DNA from: Penicillus capitatus
Taxonomy: Eukaryota > Plantae > Chlorophyta
Assembly: GCA_965649825.1 (NCBI GenBank)
Contig: OZ287701.1
Coordinates: 1,167,101 to 1,231,100 of the forward strand
DNA length: 64,000 nt
Direction of reading: 5' to 3'
Shown: in pieces, positions 49,841 to 61,146 of the stretch
Layout: the number at the start of each line of letters is the position of its first letter
Numbering within the stretch: the first letter of the stretch is position 1
Translations under genes and position numbers: made by a program
Notes under the pieces: generated by a model
Seen by the model: only the letters and a program-made list of their open reading frames with translations
Told to the model about the DNA's origin: nothing
The model's database searches: none

Positions 49841-50491
49841 ATGTTCGCCAACGAGCCCCCTTCCGAGGCCCAGCAGGCTTCTTCGAACAAAACTGGACAG
49901 CCAGTTACTGTCAACCGAGGTGCTCCGTATGCCCCTCCCGCCTCGACGCAGCAAGTCATCTATCCGAGTGCCCCTCCCTTAAAAGAGGGATACCAAAGCG
50001 AATACGAGAGGCCTCCCCAAATCCATGGAGCGATACCTTCTCAAGCAATGCACCCGCAACAAAACTACGTCCCAGCGCCACCACAAGGCTATTCACAGCC
50101 ATACCCTCCTGCTGGACAACCGCCTGCACAAACATACGCTCCTGGAAATCCGCAGTACTACCAACCGCCGAGCGGCTATCCAGCAGGAACACCCGCTGTC
50201 GCGAATGTCCCTCCAGCACAGAGGTACCCTGCGCCTCCAAGAGTTCCTTACTCCTCAAACAGACCCGCTCCCGTGGCTCCTCCTGGATTCACCTATGTTC
50301 TCGAGGAGCAAGTTTCGCCACTCTCTCTTCTAGGGTGCATTCTACTCTTCCCAATTGGCATGGTCTTCCTCCTTTGCCTCAACCAAAAGTACTGGATTCT
50401 GCATCCAGCAGGTAAACTAACGATTCTCAAAGCACACATGCGAACCTGTTGGCATGTGTTATATGTAGGAAATCCGCAAGGTCACTGCTAA
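49841..50491 (+). CDS. Pro/Gln/Tyr-rich membrane protein, BRI3-like
   Basis: Long PQGYSQPYPPAG-type region, then EEQVSPLSLLGCILLFPIGMVFLLCL hydrophobic hairpin. One intron before GNPQGHC-TAA. Confidence 0.55.
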   Translation: MFANEPPSEAQQASSNKTGQPVTVNRGAPYAPPASTQQVIYPSAPPLKEGYQSEYERPPQIHGAIPSQAMHPQQNYVPAPPQGYSQPYPPAGQPPAQTYAPGNPQYYQPPSGYPAGTPAVANVPPAQRYPAPPRVPYSSNRPAPVAPPGFTYVLEEQVSPLSLLGCILLFPIGMVFLLCLNQKYWILHPAGKLTILKAHMRTCWHVLYVGNPQGHC

Positions 50492-50876
50492 ACGATCGAT
50501 CTCGGCCTCGTGCACACTGCAGAGATTCCAAACGAAGAATGCCACAACTGGTGAACTGTCAACAAGCTTCTGGGTAATGAATGTGTTGGTTTTGCAACAA
50601 TCCTTTGAATGACTCATGATCATCGTCGCCTTGCGTCCCTTCATGCATCTCTGGAGTATCTCTTAGAAATACGAATGGGTTCTGTATGGATGACGTGTCT
50701 TCTTTGTCATTGAAATCTCGACGAACGATCTAGAAATGCCAAGACGATTTTATGTATGAGAATGACGCGTTATTGAGACAAGGTGTTGGGGACTCTGTGT
50801 TAAACTGTTTGTTGATAATCTTGGTTAAACTTTTGAAGACCTTGAAAAGCACAAAACCTATTTCAGGAGATTCCTG

Positions 50877-52485
50877 ATGCGGGGATCAATTCGCCGTCTC
50901 ATGCGATTGCTCTACCAACTGTGCTACCGTGTAAGCTGCACAGCTGCAGAATGCCAATGGGCTCCTTCTTGTCTCAGATCACAGAACCGACGACTGAGGG
51001 ATAGAAAGACAACTGAAGGAAGGGTATCCATCTCTGCGATGCCCAAAGGAACAGGGCGATACTCATGGAGAAGCAAACGCCCGACAGTCTCCCACAATGT
51101 ACGACATCACTCTTTGCAGAACCATGGCCGTTCTTTAGCTTCGCCTTGACGCAATTGCACAGGACCGTGGAGAGTCAATTGGTCAGATTTGGCTTTCTGT
51201 CGACCAAAAGCAACGCTCTGTCCATGAGACGTTGCAAGAGCATCTCCACGGCGAGCGATAGATCCTTGTCTCTTCATACAATGCAACAGAGTACTGATGT
51301 CATGGAGATTGGGTTTGGAAACACGCTGGAGACTCAATGCCTCACAGAAGAGTTTCTGCAGAATGGAACGGATCTTCTCAGCCGAAGCAAAGCAGCCGTC
51401 ATGGTCTACATTCCCCAGAAGACATGGAGCTCGCTAAACTGTTGCAGGTGATGCTTACTGACGGCGGCCTCGATGACCAGCGTCACAACGAGATCTTCGT
51501 TAAAACAGTTCAGCTTGCTAAGGGACAACATCATGGAAGCAATATCTGAGCTCTGAAGGCCATAGATTCTGGTAATAACCTCGCTCGTGTACATCTTCCT
51601 CAGCTCTGAACATGATACCCCCAGTCCACATCATATTTGCTAAGATATCATCGGTCACGTGTCGTGGGTGATGAGATCTTCTGTGAGAAGCAGAGAGACA
51701 TCACTCAAAGGACGTCATACTAAAGACCGTGTGAGACATGACGAGGAATGCACGATCGTCGTCGACTCGATGTCTCTAATTTTCTCCTCGCATTTCTTCT
51801 TAACTGCTCAGATGAGCTAAGCGGGTCACAGAATCTGGAAAAGACGTCTTATTGCTTTCCTCGTCTGCATCGGTTGTGCGATTGTACGCGGGCATAATGC
51901 CTCGGAGTTCTCTTTCAGCTGTTGAAATGCCTCTCCGATTTGGCCTTACAAGAGCTGTTCTCGTTCGCAAACGCCTGGAATCGTTTCACGACTTGGGCTT
52001 CCACTCGAGACGGAGCTAGCTCTTCGGTCGGGATCAAAGAAGCAGGTTACCACAATGGCTTCCGGTCGACAGACTGGGTGGGTGCCATGTGCAGGAGGAA
52101 GCGGCGGTGACCCATCCAACGAGCCGCGATCTGCAGCACAGCCATACGAATGCAGAATGCCGTTGTCAATGCGATGTTACGTCGCATCCTTGCGCAGCTG
52201 CCTTCCCTGCGGAGAGGGCTCTTGGATCGCATGAAGCACGACATAAGCGCAAAGATCGAACGCTGTGTCAAGACGAGAATCGTTTCCGTCTGCCAAAGTG
52301 AAGACGTACCTTCAGCCGATTGCGCCGAAAATACGAGGAGAGGCCTTGAGCTGGTTCAGGAAGGATGGTCTAAGAATGCCGTCGAGGTAACACGTCGTCG
52401 TCAAGCTTTGGAGGCTCATGACGCTGCGCAGGGACAAGAGCTCTGCCGTTCTCCAGTGCTGAATTTGCACGCGAGCAGGTCATAG
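50877..52485 (+). pseudogene. Probable decayed multi-exon gene of unknown family
   Basis: Protein-like frames between splice-like sites are broken by TGA 50995, TAG 51136, TAG 51259, TGA 51295 and TGA 51547. The 3' exon 52150-52485 is open. Confidence 0.3.
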
Positions 52486-52846
52486 GTTATGAGTTGAAAT
52501 GAGAGATGCGTGAGATCGAGTGGGTGTACAATTGGGGACCATCGAGTTTTTCAGGCGATTTTCAGAATATTCCTGTGCGGAGAGATACTCTCTACCAAGT
52601 AATTTGTTGGCAGCCAGCTGACTAAGAAGCAACAAGGAATGTATAAGACCAAGTCTAGAGCCGGCGTCCGAGGATGAGAAGAAAACCGTAGAAACAGGGA
52701 CAGGCAGAGCACGACAAAAAAGCACCCGAGCGCCAAGATGGCGAGGCGGTGGCAATACGTCTAGCTTGTCATTCTAAGCTAAGAAAGACTTCTCACGATC
52801 AAACAAGATGGCCAAGTTGCAAGAGCGTTTCAATATCAACAGTCCG

Positions 52847-54404
52847 TTACTTAAGGGATGCCGTCTCCATTTGCGACACCCGTGTGGACTTCAGTCGATA
52901 AAGAAGGCTTTGCGGATTCCAGCCAGCTTCTTCTAACTGAGTGAGAAAATCGCCGAACTGCGTGTTCGTTTCTCGGAGGCTCCGCTGAAAGGCATCGATC
53001 TCCGGAGTCGAATGGTGCTGCGACTGCTGCTGGAGCCAGAGGAATTGCCACAGGGCCTTGAGACAGTGCTCTGCCCCGCTTCCTTGCTTGAGCACCACAA
53101 ATCCATGTCCTCCTTCGACGTACAGCAGATACCTCTCTTCTCTATAAACGTCAATCCATGGATTGAATCTCGCATTCTGTAAGAGACGTTTGGAGATGTG
53201 TTTCAAGGAACTGCCGAATTCGATGGATGGTGTGGCGAACAACCAATCCGTCAGAAACTGCTGTCTCTGTGGCATCGTTGCGGGATCGGCAAGTGGCTGT
53301 CCATCGAGATGCATCTGAATGAGTTTACTCGATCGGACGAGGCTGAGGGAATCCAGTTGAAGACATCGAAGGGCGATGAAGCGACAGGTGATATGGACGG
53401 AATGGAAAATGGCCCAGGTGAACAGAACAGGCTCCCAACCCGTCGCATCTTGCAAAGATGATAGAATGGCAACGCTTGTCAGCAGTCCCGTCAACTGTCC
53501 AGTCACTTCCCACGATTCTTCCTTGGCCGACACCTCACCGATGTTGTTGTTTCGTGCAAAATGCTGTTGGATGACGCGGAATGAGGGTTTCGCCATACCC
53601 TTTGCCAAAGCCTTTGCGAAGTTTCCCGTTCCGGCCAGCAGAAGAAACTGAGAGGGAAAGAAGACGGTGGCAATTTCCAGAGAGAGGCCGACGGTGCTGA
53701 TGGCCTCAGCCGCCATTCTCCACACGCGTGGGTGTTGATCGATGTAGAGTCCCAAACGGCCACCTACGAACAGACGGCCCATGGCTCCCACTCCATCCTT
53801 CGTGATCCATTTGATCGATGCAGCGACAGCTGTTGCCGGAACCGCACTGGACCCCACACCGACAGCACGGAGCATACTACTGGTGGCCAGGGAAGTGCTC
53901 ACCCATCCCTAAACACATCGCATAACGATCGCAGCCACACACGCATGTCGTTCATACAGTGACGTGAGTGGGCAGTGTCCACAGTTGATAGGGCAGATAG
54001 TCTGCTGTTACCGACTTCGGAAATCCCGTTGGGAGAAAGAGGCCTAGAGACACGTATCTAACTCTGGCTGTTGGCGGCGTTGCTCATCTGCCTGTTATAG
54101 CGTCGGATAGGCGGAGGGTTTGGTGATGTAGGTGGGATTTTCCGGTGCGTTTGACTGTCCAGTGGCCATCGGCATCAAACAGGAGCGTCTCTGTGCCGGT
54201 TTCGACCAGGACCACCTCGTTCTGCAGAGGTTACCTGTCCAGTACTTAAGATCACATGACCAACTGGCCTACCGTTTCTGCCACGTGTCGTGTGTTGTCC
54301 GTCGGCGACCGGGCGTTGCTGTGGCATCGAGGCGTCCTCGGCACGTATCTTCTCTTCAGAAAAGCTGTCCGTCTTGGACATGGGACAGTTCCCGAGACGT
54401 ACAT
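52847..54404 (-). CDS. RUS5: ROOT UVB SENSITIVE (DUF647) family protein, RUS5-like, plastid-type N-terminus
   Basis: LFLPTGFPKSVTADYLPYQLWTLPTHVT|GWVSTSLATSSMLRAVGVG...IKWITKDGVGAMGRLFVGGR...PSFRVIQQHFARNNNIGEVSAKEESWEV. GC-AG intron 54044-54091. Confidence 0.85.
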
Positions 54405-55943
54405 GACGATGACGGTACGGGCACCGCTCTTTCTTCGCTAAAATGCTTCCTTCCACACGTGTTCGATTGAACGCCTGGGTAACCGGAGCGATCTTCGCCA
54501 GCGTCGCTTACGTTCACACACAAGTACCCCTCACTCCTCTCACTCTCTCATCTTCCTCTTGCTCTTCTCCAGAGAACCCTTCTGCAGTCGACATCACGAG
54601 TCGTCGACGCTTTTCCCACCTCTCGTGTCATCTCCGATCCTCCTCCTCCAGTCTACCGTACCATACAAGACCAGAGATGATGTTCCGTTATAGGTCAGGG
54701 ATCCTTTGTTTGGACCTGCTTTTCGGGCGGCGTGCATCAAACAATGGAACAAGGTAAAGGGCTGCATTCAGGATGGAATGGACGGCGTACTGCGTTGCAT
54801 ATCGTTTATGAATGTGTGCGGAATACATCGAGAAAGCGGCAGGAATCGCAGATCGATCACCGCCTTCACGCAATCGCAGAAACGAAAAAGAGAGATGACA
54901 CGAATGTTTGGTGCAGGGGGTTGAGTTTGTATTTGGCGGAATGGCACATGCGCTGGCAAAGCGTGGACTATAATGGCCATCGACAAACTCAAGCATCGGT
55001 GCAAACATATCGTCCACTATACCCTGAGTGTTTGTAATGTAGAGACCTCATCAGTTGTCCTTTAAGCATATCCAAATGACGTATTTTGTATCCGCGCCCT
55101 TATTTGTTCTGATGAACTTTATGCGGTTGTCGCTTATCTGCCTTGCGTTTTTGTTTTGTCCGCGATTGTGCGTGAAGCAAGTCGTCTGCATCGATTCAAA
55201 CGCCGACGGATAGCGATCTCCAGTCACTCATCATTCTGTTCAGGTATATCCATTTCAGAGTCGCTCTGTGGCGACATTGCGCCGTGGGAGATGATAACTG
55301 AATTGACCGAGAAATTCGCGTTTTATGCGCGACAGTTCGACGCGCTTGTCGAAAACTTTATTAAGAAAAGCTAAGGTGATCTGACCTCATTGTGCAACTC
55401 TATTGAAGCTGCGCACGTTACCATCAGCGACGCATGATGGCGTCAATCTGTAATCTGCACCTTAAACGACGATGGAGAGAACCTCGGAATGTGTCGGAGA
55501 TAGGAAATTCGGAGATGAAGCACCGACGAGAGCACGTGATGGGCATTCATTAAAGGACTGGCTGCTTAGTGTAATGCGTGAAAGCGTTGTTTTTTCTTAA
55601 AAGATGTTTTTTGCAAAAAGGATGTCTAGTGTAGCAGAACCCCTTCTTTATACGCTTTCACAGCATGACGTTATGATTGCATCATGCTTCATGTAATGCT
55701 ATAATCTTCTTCTTCAGTTCCTCCTCCTTCTTCCGCTTCTTGATAGTGACATTAGGCAAGCGGCCTAGAGTGGCACAACAAACCTGGATGGTATTTGGTT
55801 CATGTCGCTCACTTTGCTCTGGTCGAAGACAAACTGTCGCCGGAGCATTCGACGACAGGCAGATAGCATTCATTCATGCGATTGGCTCTTACCTTGTGTG
55901 GCGCGCCCGGCCACCTCCGGTTCTGGCGACCAGAGGCGGCGGG

Positions 55944-56177
55944 TGTCGCGCGGAGGCGCCGAACGAAAACGATAACAGCGGAAGTCTTACAAGTAATCAG
56001 AGCAAGGCGTTCAGTGGTTCAAATTCTGCCTTAAATACCCGCATGATGACGCGACTGTACGAGGCAGGTGACTCATCCTAACCTCAGAGCCAGAGAACAA
56101 CGCCTCCAATGAGTCAGCCAGCACCCCCCGGACGTGGCCCCCTCAGAAACGAGGCAGGGTCACATCGCTCGGCGACA
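55944..56177 (-). mobile_element. Solo LTR (234 bp), family A, diverged
   Basis: TGTCG...CGACA termini with TSD GCGGG (55939-55943/56178-56182). Shares TGA(C/G)TCA motifs, a TATA-like element and gcaagg/cagcggaag blocks with 56966-57223. Confidence 0.88.
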
Positions 56178-57283
56178 GCGGGCCGCTTACTCTGAGTGAT
56201 GCAGGTGATGTGACGTTAGCGCAGCGGAAGTCGTGTCGTTTGTGTTCCTGCCCCCCCCCCTACGGTCGAGGGCGTCATATGCGTTGCCACGCATACGGTG
56301 TCCTCGGCCGTGTCTTTTTTTCTTGCATGCGCGTTGTTGCACTTGAATCTGCGTGCCATGCGACCTCGCGGTTCTCATCGGCGAGGCCGTCGTTTGGGGC
56401 ACTGTCTTCGGTGTTGGATAGCGGGTTTCCAGAGATGCCTCCGTGCCAAGTCTCAGCTCAAGCGACGCCTTCTGCGGAAAGTGAGCCGTGTTATAGTAAA
56501 GTAGCGCGAACTCGGTTAGGGCGTTATGCGACGGCGAGTCAGGATGCATGCTTCTGGTGGACAGGGCAGTGCTCACGGCTCCGGGGGCTCGAAATTACAC
56601 GGTTCTGCGGCTTGTTCTTGGTGTCGCCGGTCGCTTCTTCCAAGAATCCTTCGTCCACTTCCGAGGGGCCGGCTGTTGGTAAATCGTCCGGGCCGATCAA
56701 TACGAGGTCGACGCTCTGATCTTCAGCACTACGCCTAGGTCCGTCTGAGATGGGGTTAAGCACTATTCGCTCCGCGCCCCTCCGTCGGAGTTCTGCTTGT
56801 TCCCTGAGCCGGAAGGCGTTTAAGTTCTCGTGGAAGGTTGGTTGTAGTGGCGGGTAGGGAACAGTCGCGTGCCGCGGTTCCTGCTCGTCGTTGTTACGTT
56901 CCGGGATGGCCGAAAGCAAGGTCTTACAAACTGCGCAAAAGGATCCCAAATGTCTCCCAAGCGTCTGTCGGCGATCGGGCCGGACGAAAACAGACAATCA
57001 GCGGAAGACTTACAGACTGTTCGGAGCAAGGTCTCCAAAGACCCAGATTGTCCAATTTATACTCGCGCGATGACGCGACTTGACGAGGCAGGTGAGTCAC
57101 CCTAGCCTCAGAACCAGATAACATGGCCTCAGGTGACTCAGCCAAGACCCCCCAGGCGGTGGCCTCTTCAAAAACGAGGCAGTGTCACATCACCCGATCG
57201 ACAGCACCCCCATCTTGCCGACACCACGCTTCCCGCCAACTCCGAAAACAGCTAACGCAAGCCCCCACAACAATCACTAATGT

Positions 57284-58420
57284 TCAGTCAATGCCCGAGG
57301 TGAAATTCCGCCGGAAAAAAGACAGGATGTTGAGCCCTGAATACGCTGATGCTGCATTCAACTCTGCCGCCACGTCGGAACTCGGCTGCGTATCCGATCC
57401 CGTCGGCTCCGCTGACGCAACCGTATCTGTCCGCGGGCGCGGACAGTTCTTCGCCAGGTGCCCCTTGCACCGGCAGCTGTAGCAGACTCGGCCGCGCTTC
57501 GTGGCTTCCCCGCCATCGTCAGCTGCGCCGGCTGCCCTCCCTCTTCGCTGTCGCCGCGGAAACCGTCCGATGTCATGCAGCACTCTCCGCATCTGGCGTA
57601 GAGTCTTCCCATTCCGTCGCTCATCTGGTGGTCTCCTCACCACCGCGTCAATTGTCTTTTCGCCACTTGCTCGGACTTCCTCATGCAGTGCCTTCACCTC
57701 TGTGGTCAACGACCGCAGACACGGCACCAAATCAGGTGCCATAATAAAATGTTTTTTGGCCTCTTCATAGGCCGTCTCGGTCTCCTTAAGCTTCTCCTGT
57801 ACAGAGGAGGCTTCTACGCGTGCCTCGTTGGCCTCTTGCCCCGCCTTGTCGATGCCTTGTTCTGCCTTGGCGACCTCTTGTCGTAGCCGCGTGTTCACCC
57901 CTGACATCCGCTCGCTTTCTGCCGTCACCTCGGCGACCTTTCGCTGTTCGCGCCGTAGCTGCTGTTGCAGCTGTTCCTTTTCTGCCTCGAGGGTCGACAC
58001 CTGCTGGCGCCTTTTCTCCTCAGTGCGGAACCACTCCCACGTCGCCTCGGAGGCTACCTTCGCCCTTTCTTCAGCCTCACTGGCTCGTCGCCGTTCATCT
58101 TGCAGCTCTTGACTCAGCCGTTCGTTCTCCTCGCGCAGTCGTCTTGTCGTCGTTTGCAACTCGCGCCTCTCTTCCAGCCTCGGACATACGTAACGGACAA
58201 AGTCGCCCAGCTCATCTGCATCCAACAAGTAGCGAAACGCGAACACCTGACCGCAGTCCGTCTGACGCCTCGTCTGGACCATCTGATAGGCCAATGCACC
58301 CGGATAGAATCCATCGTAATCAACGAGCCAACTAAACAGGCTCGGTCCTTCGGACTGAACCCAGTAGAACTCCTCCTCCTCGTGACCTTGCTCCCTCTCT
58401 CCTCTTCGTGTTCGACTCAT
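57284..58420 (-). CDS. Gag-like protein (378 aa): long coiled coil + CCHC zinc knuckle
   Basis: ATG 58420. Heptad-rich EERRELQTTTRRLREENERLSQELQDE...; CYSCRCKGHLAKNC = C-X2-C-X4-H-X4-C. Confidence 0.85.
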   Translation of the reverse strand: MSRTRRGEREQGHEEEEFYWVQSEGPSLFSWLVDYDGFYPGALAYQMVQTRRQTDCGQVFAFRYLLDADELGDFVRYVCPRLEERRELQTTTRRLREENERLSQELQDERRRASEAEERAKVASEATWEWFRTEEKRRQQVSTLEAEKEQLQQQLRREQRKVAEVTAESERMSGVNTRLRQEVAKAEQGIDKAGQEANEARVEASSVQEKLKETETAYEEAKKHFIMAPDLVPCLRSLTTEVKALHEEVRASGEKTIDAVVRRPPDERRNGKTLRQMRRVLHDIGRFPRRQRRGRAAGAADDGGEATKRGRVCYSCRCKGHLAKNCPRPRTDTVASAEPTGSDTQPSSDVAAELNAASAYSGLNILSFFRRNFTSGID

Positions 58421-58558
58421 CTCAACTGCCGTCCCTGGGGATTTCCTTGGTGCGTCTAGTTGCCTAGACAGGACTCGTTCTCCACGTAGGAGAGCGCAAT
58501 GCACAGAGCAGTCGCGCAACGTCACCAAGACGGAGCCCCAACTGAGGAACGTATCAAC

Positions 58559-58570
58559 GCTCCGAAACCA
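58559..58570 (-). promoter_or_regulatory. Primer-binding site, tRNA-iMet type
   Basis: TGGTTTCGGAGC one base after the 5' LTR; 10/12 match to the canonical TGGTATCAGAGC. Confidence 0.75.
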
Positions 58571-59543
58571 CTGTCGGCGATCGGGCCGGACGAAAACAGA
58601 CAATCAGCGGAAGACTTACAGACTGTTCGGAGCAAGGTCTCCAAAGACCCAGATTGTCCAATTTATACTCGCGCGATGACGCGACTTGACGAGGCAGGTG
58701 AGTCACCCTAGCCTCAGAACCAGATAACATGGCCTCGGGTGACTCAGCCAAGACCCCCCCCAGGCGGTGGCCTCTTCAAAAACGAGGCAGTGTCACATCA
58801 CCCGATCGACAGCACCCCCATCTTGCCGACAGCGTCCCTTAAATTTCCCCCCCCCTTGATAAGACGGGTGAGTCAGCTCCACCCGAGAGCCAGAGAAAGT
58901 GGTCCGTTGGAGACAGTTGACAAGACAGGCAGCGCCTCTGCGCATGGCCGACCCCCACAGAACAAGGCAGTGTCACCTCGCTCGGCGACACGCCCATCGT
59001 GTATCCCCCGCGTTGATCAAGTGGTGTACGGTTTTTCGGCGACTACCTCGAAATCTGCAAGGGGTAGGCTAGCTGTAACCCGGCCCTCGGCCTCAAAACA
59101 GGGGGTAGGCTTCCGTGACTAAGAACGTGTTTGTGAACTTGGTTGGACAATTACGTAATGCCGGCTTCGGAGCGCACCGGCTTGCTTTCTGCAACGTCCG
59201 TTGTCGTGTTAAGGCATAGCGCTCACAATAATGCGCTCATCTACCTACACTTGTGTCGATCTCCAAGTGACAGGTTGTAGGTTCTCTATACCTTCCCATC
59301 CGCAAATAGACCCGCGGCCTCTACGTCACAGATTCCAAGTAGATTCCGGAATCTTCGAAGAATATTCCTTTTTGTTACTTAATTTAGTACCCTATAAAAG
59401 CGTTGTAGACGTACAGATCTTGTCTTTCGTTTTGTAAGACTTTGCGTGTTTCAAAGGTTTACGATCTCATACGATTCAAAGCATTTCCATCGAACATTCT
59501 ATTCGACAACGTTCGGGTTTGGATTTCCCGAAAGGTGGCCGTA

Positions 59544-60347
59544 ATGGATTCGTTTGTTTTGGATATTTTGACAGAGCATGCTTTATCCGGTTTGCGGCAA
59601 GACGTAATTGAACTTGAGAAGTACGCGATTTATCGTTCAGCGGTCGTGAAATTTATGGGTAATACGTACTATTTATTCGCATGCCCAGAACTTGCGGGTA
59701 GGCTGGCTACACTAGGCAGACTGGGCATGCTAAGTAGGGCGCGTAGGCGGAGTTTGATGAAATGGGTGACTGGCTCATTTTGCGTCATCCCTTCTTTTAA
59801 GGCGGTTTGTGATGCTGGCAAAGCAGACGTCGCTGCGCATAATTTTGCGGGTATTTGGACGTGGGCTGACTACGCCAACACCTTACGGAACGGTTTGGTG
59901 GCGAAGAACTTTGTAGCTCTGTGCGACAAAGTTGCGTTCTTTAAGATCGTGATGTTTGCAAAGCACCTGAGGTCCCAGCTCAGCATCTCCATATCAGTGC
60001 TCCGTCGACGACAACGCGCACTAGCAATGCAGTTCGCCGAGTTTATCCTCCTCGAGGTGGTCGCGGAGGACGCGCCACAGCCGGCGGCCGAGGTGGTCGC
60101 GAAGGACGCGGTTATGGAAATAAAGGTGGAGTTTGAAGGCCGCGGTTCTAAACGCCGTAGTCGGTGCTTGTCGTACGAAGGGGAGTCGACGAGAGAGCGA
60201 GAGGCGAAGCGCCGATACGGTCTTCGAAATACGCGGGCTCGAGAAGAACGGCTGGCTATGTTAAAGAATGCAGAAGATGCAAAACGGAAGGTCGGCGGCG
60301 AGACCGAGAGTTCACCTGGGAGTTCCCATAGGAGGTCAAGAAGATAG
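59544..60347 (+). CDS. Intronless orphan ORF (268 aa from ATG) with a basic C-terminus
   Basis: Open frame 59442-60347, preceded by TATAAAAG at 59393-59400. No family recognised. Confidence 0.5.
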   Translation: MDSFVLDILTEHALSGLRQDVIELEKYAIYRSAVVKFMGNTYYLFACPELAGRLATLGRLGMLSRARRRSLMKWVTGSFCVIPSFKAVCDAGKADVAAHNFAGIWTWADYANTLRNGLVAKNFVALCDKVAFFKIVMFAKHLRSQLSISISVLRRRQRALAMQFAEFILLEVVAEDAPQPAAEVVAKDAVMEIKVEFEGRGSKRRSRCLSYEGESTREREAKRRYGLRNTRAREERLAMLKNAEDAKRKVGGETESSPGSSHRRSRR

Positions 60348-60720
60348 CTAACCGCTGAAACGGTCCGCCGGCGTACGTATGGCCTTTCGTCGGATGTTGT
60401 GTAGGGCCCTTGCGCGCGGAAAGCGGAACTTCGTCGAGATGGGCGGGTGAGGAGAGAAGCCAGTGTCAATAGTCGGTACAAGAGGATACGAAATTGGCGA
60501 TCTAATGCGTTACTTAGTGTTGTGTGATGAAGGGGAGAATACGGATAGAGACTACACGGTAAGGCCAAGGCCAAAGCACGACGACCAACGAGTGTGAGGA
60601 GTGGAGAGCGTGAGGCGACGATGGCTTGGGAATCAGGATCGCCGTGGCGCCACCTTCCTTGGTTGACTGCGGCGCGCTGACCTGGAGTTTTGCGATCGCC
60701 GTGGCTCGACGCGCGTCTTT

Positions 60721-61146
60721 TCATTTCTTGAGTGTCTTCGTATGCCAGGTGGTTTTTTCTTTCTCGCGCCAACACTCTGTTTCCGTTATCGGTGTGTGTT
60801 GTAGGCTTGTTTTTTCTTGTTTTTTGTTGTTATTGCAAGCACGCTTCGGGTGTTCTGCGCGGTTTTTTCTGAAGAGCCGTGGTCCGTGGAATTCTTGCGT
60901 CGGTTTCGCCACGAAGCTTTGCTTCGTAGTGATACGGACTAGTAGTACGTGAAAACACAAAAAGGAATTAGGGTTTTTACAATAATACGTTCGTACTGTG
61001 AAGAACGAACTCCCTTCGGCGGCTTGACCCTGCACCTCCCTCTGGACGTCCTCAGCACGGACGACACGTATCTCTCCCGCGTTACTTTGGGTGGGGAGTT
61101 GGGGTGTAGGGGCGTTGTCGCCGGAGTCGTTCCCGTGTTGACTCAT
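60721..61146 (-). CDS. Possible orphan gene, convergent with 59544-60347
   Basis: ATG 61146 MSQHGNDSGDNAPTPQLP..., possibly spliced into frame 59870-60775. No family recognised. Confidence 0.25.
   Translation of the reverse strand: MSQHGNDSGDNAPTPQLPTQSNAGEIRVVRAEDVQREVQGQAAEGSSFFTVRTYYCKNPNSFLCFHVLLVRITTKQSFVAKPTQEFHGPRLFRKNRAEHPKRACNNNKKQEKTSLQHTPITETECWREKEKTTWHTKTLKK

Larger units (their letters stand above)
56966..58831 (-). mobile_element. Young non-autonomous gag-only LTR retroelement (TRIM/TR-GAG-like), 1866 bp
   Basis: LTRs 58572-58831 and 56966-57223 with TGTCGGC...GCCGACA termini; they differ by 1 substitution and a 2-bp poly-C indel. TSD GCGTC (56961-56965/58832-58836). PBS TGGTTTCGGAGC; purine-rich tract at 57224-57245. 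No pol. Confidence 0.95.
56200..58990 (-). mobile_element. Older LTR-related element (family B) split by the young gag-only element
   Basis: Begins TGTCGCCGAG at 58990. 58837-58990 plus 56200-56965 rejoin at the TSD. Promoter region and ORF are homologous to 62348-63043. Confidence 0.55.

Noticed and set aside
56966-57223. Penelope-like pseudo-LTR with hammerhead ribozyme (GGACGAAA motif), or DIRS split repeats
   Set aside because: No CTGANGA core is nearby. TG..CA termini, a 5-bp TSD and a tRNA PBS identify a true LTR element.
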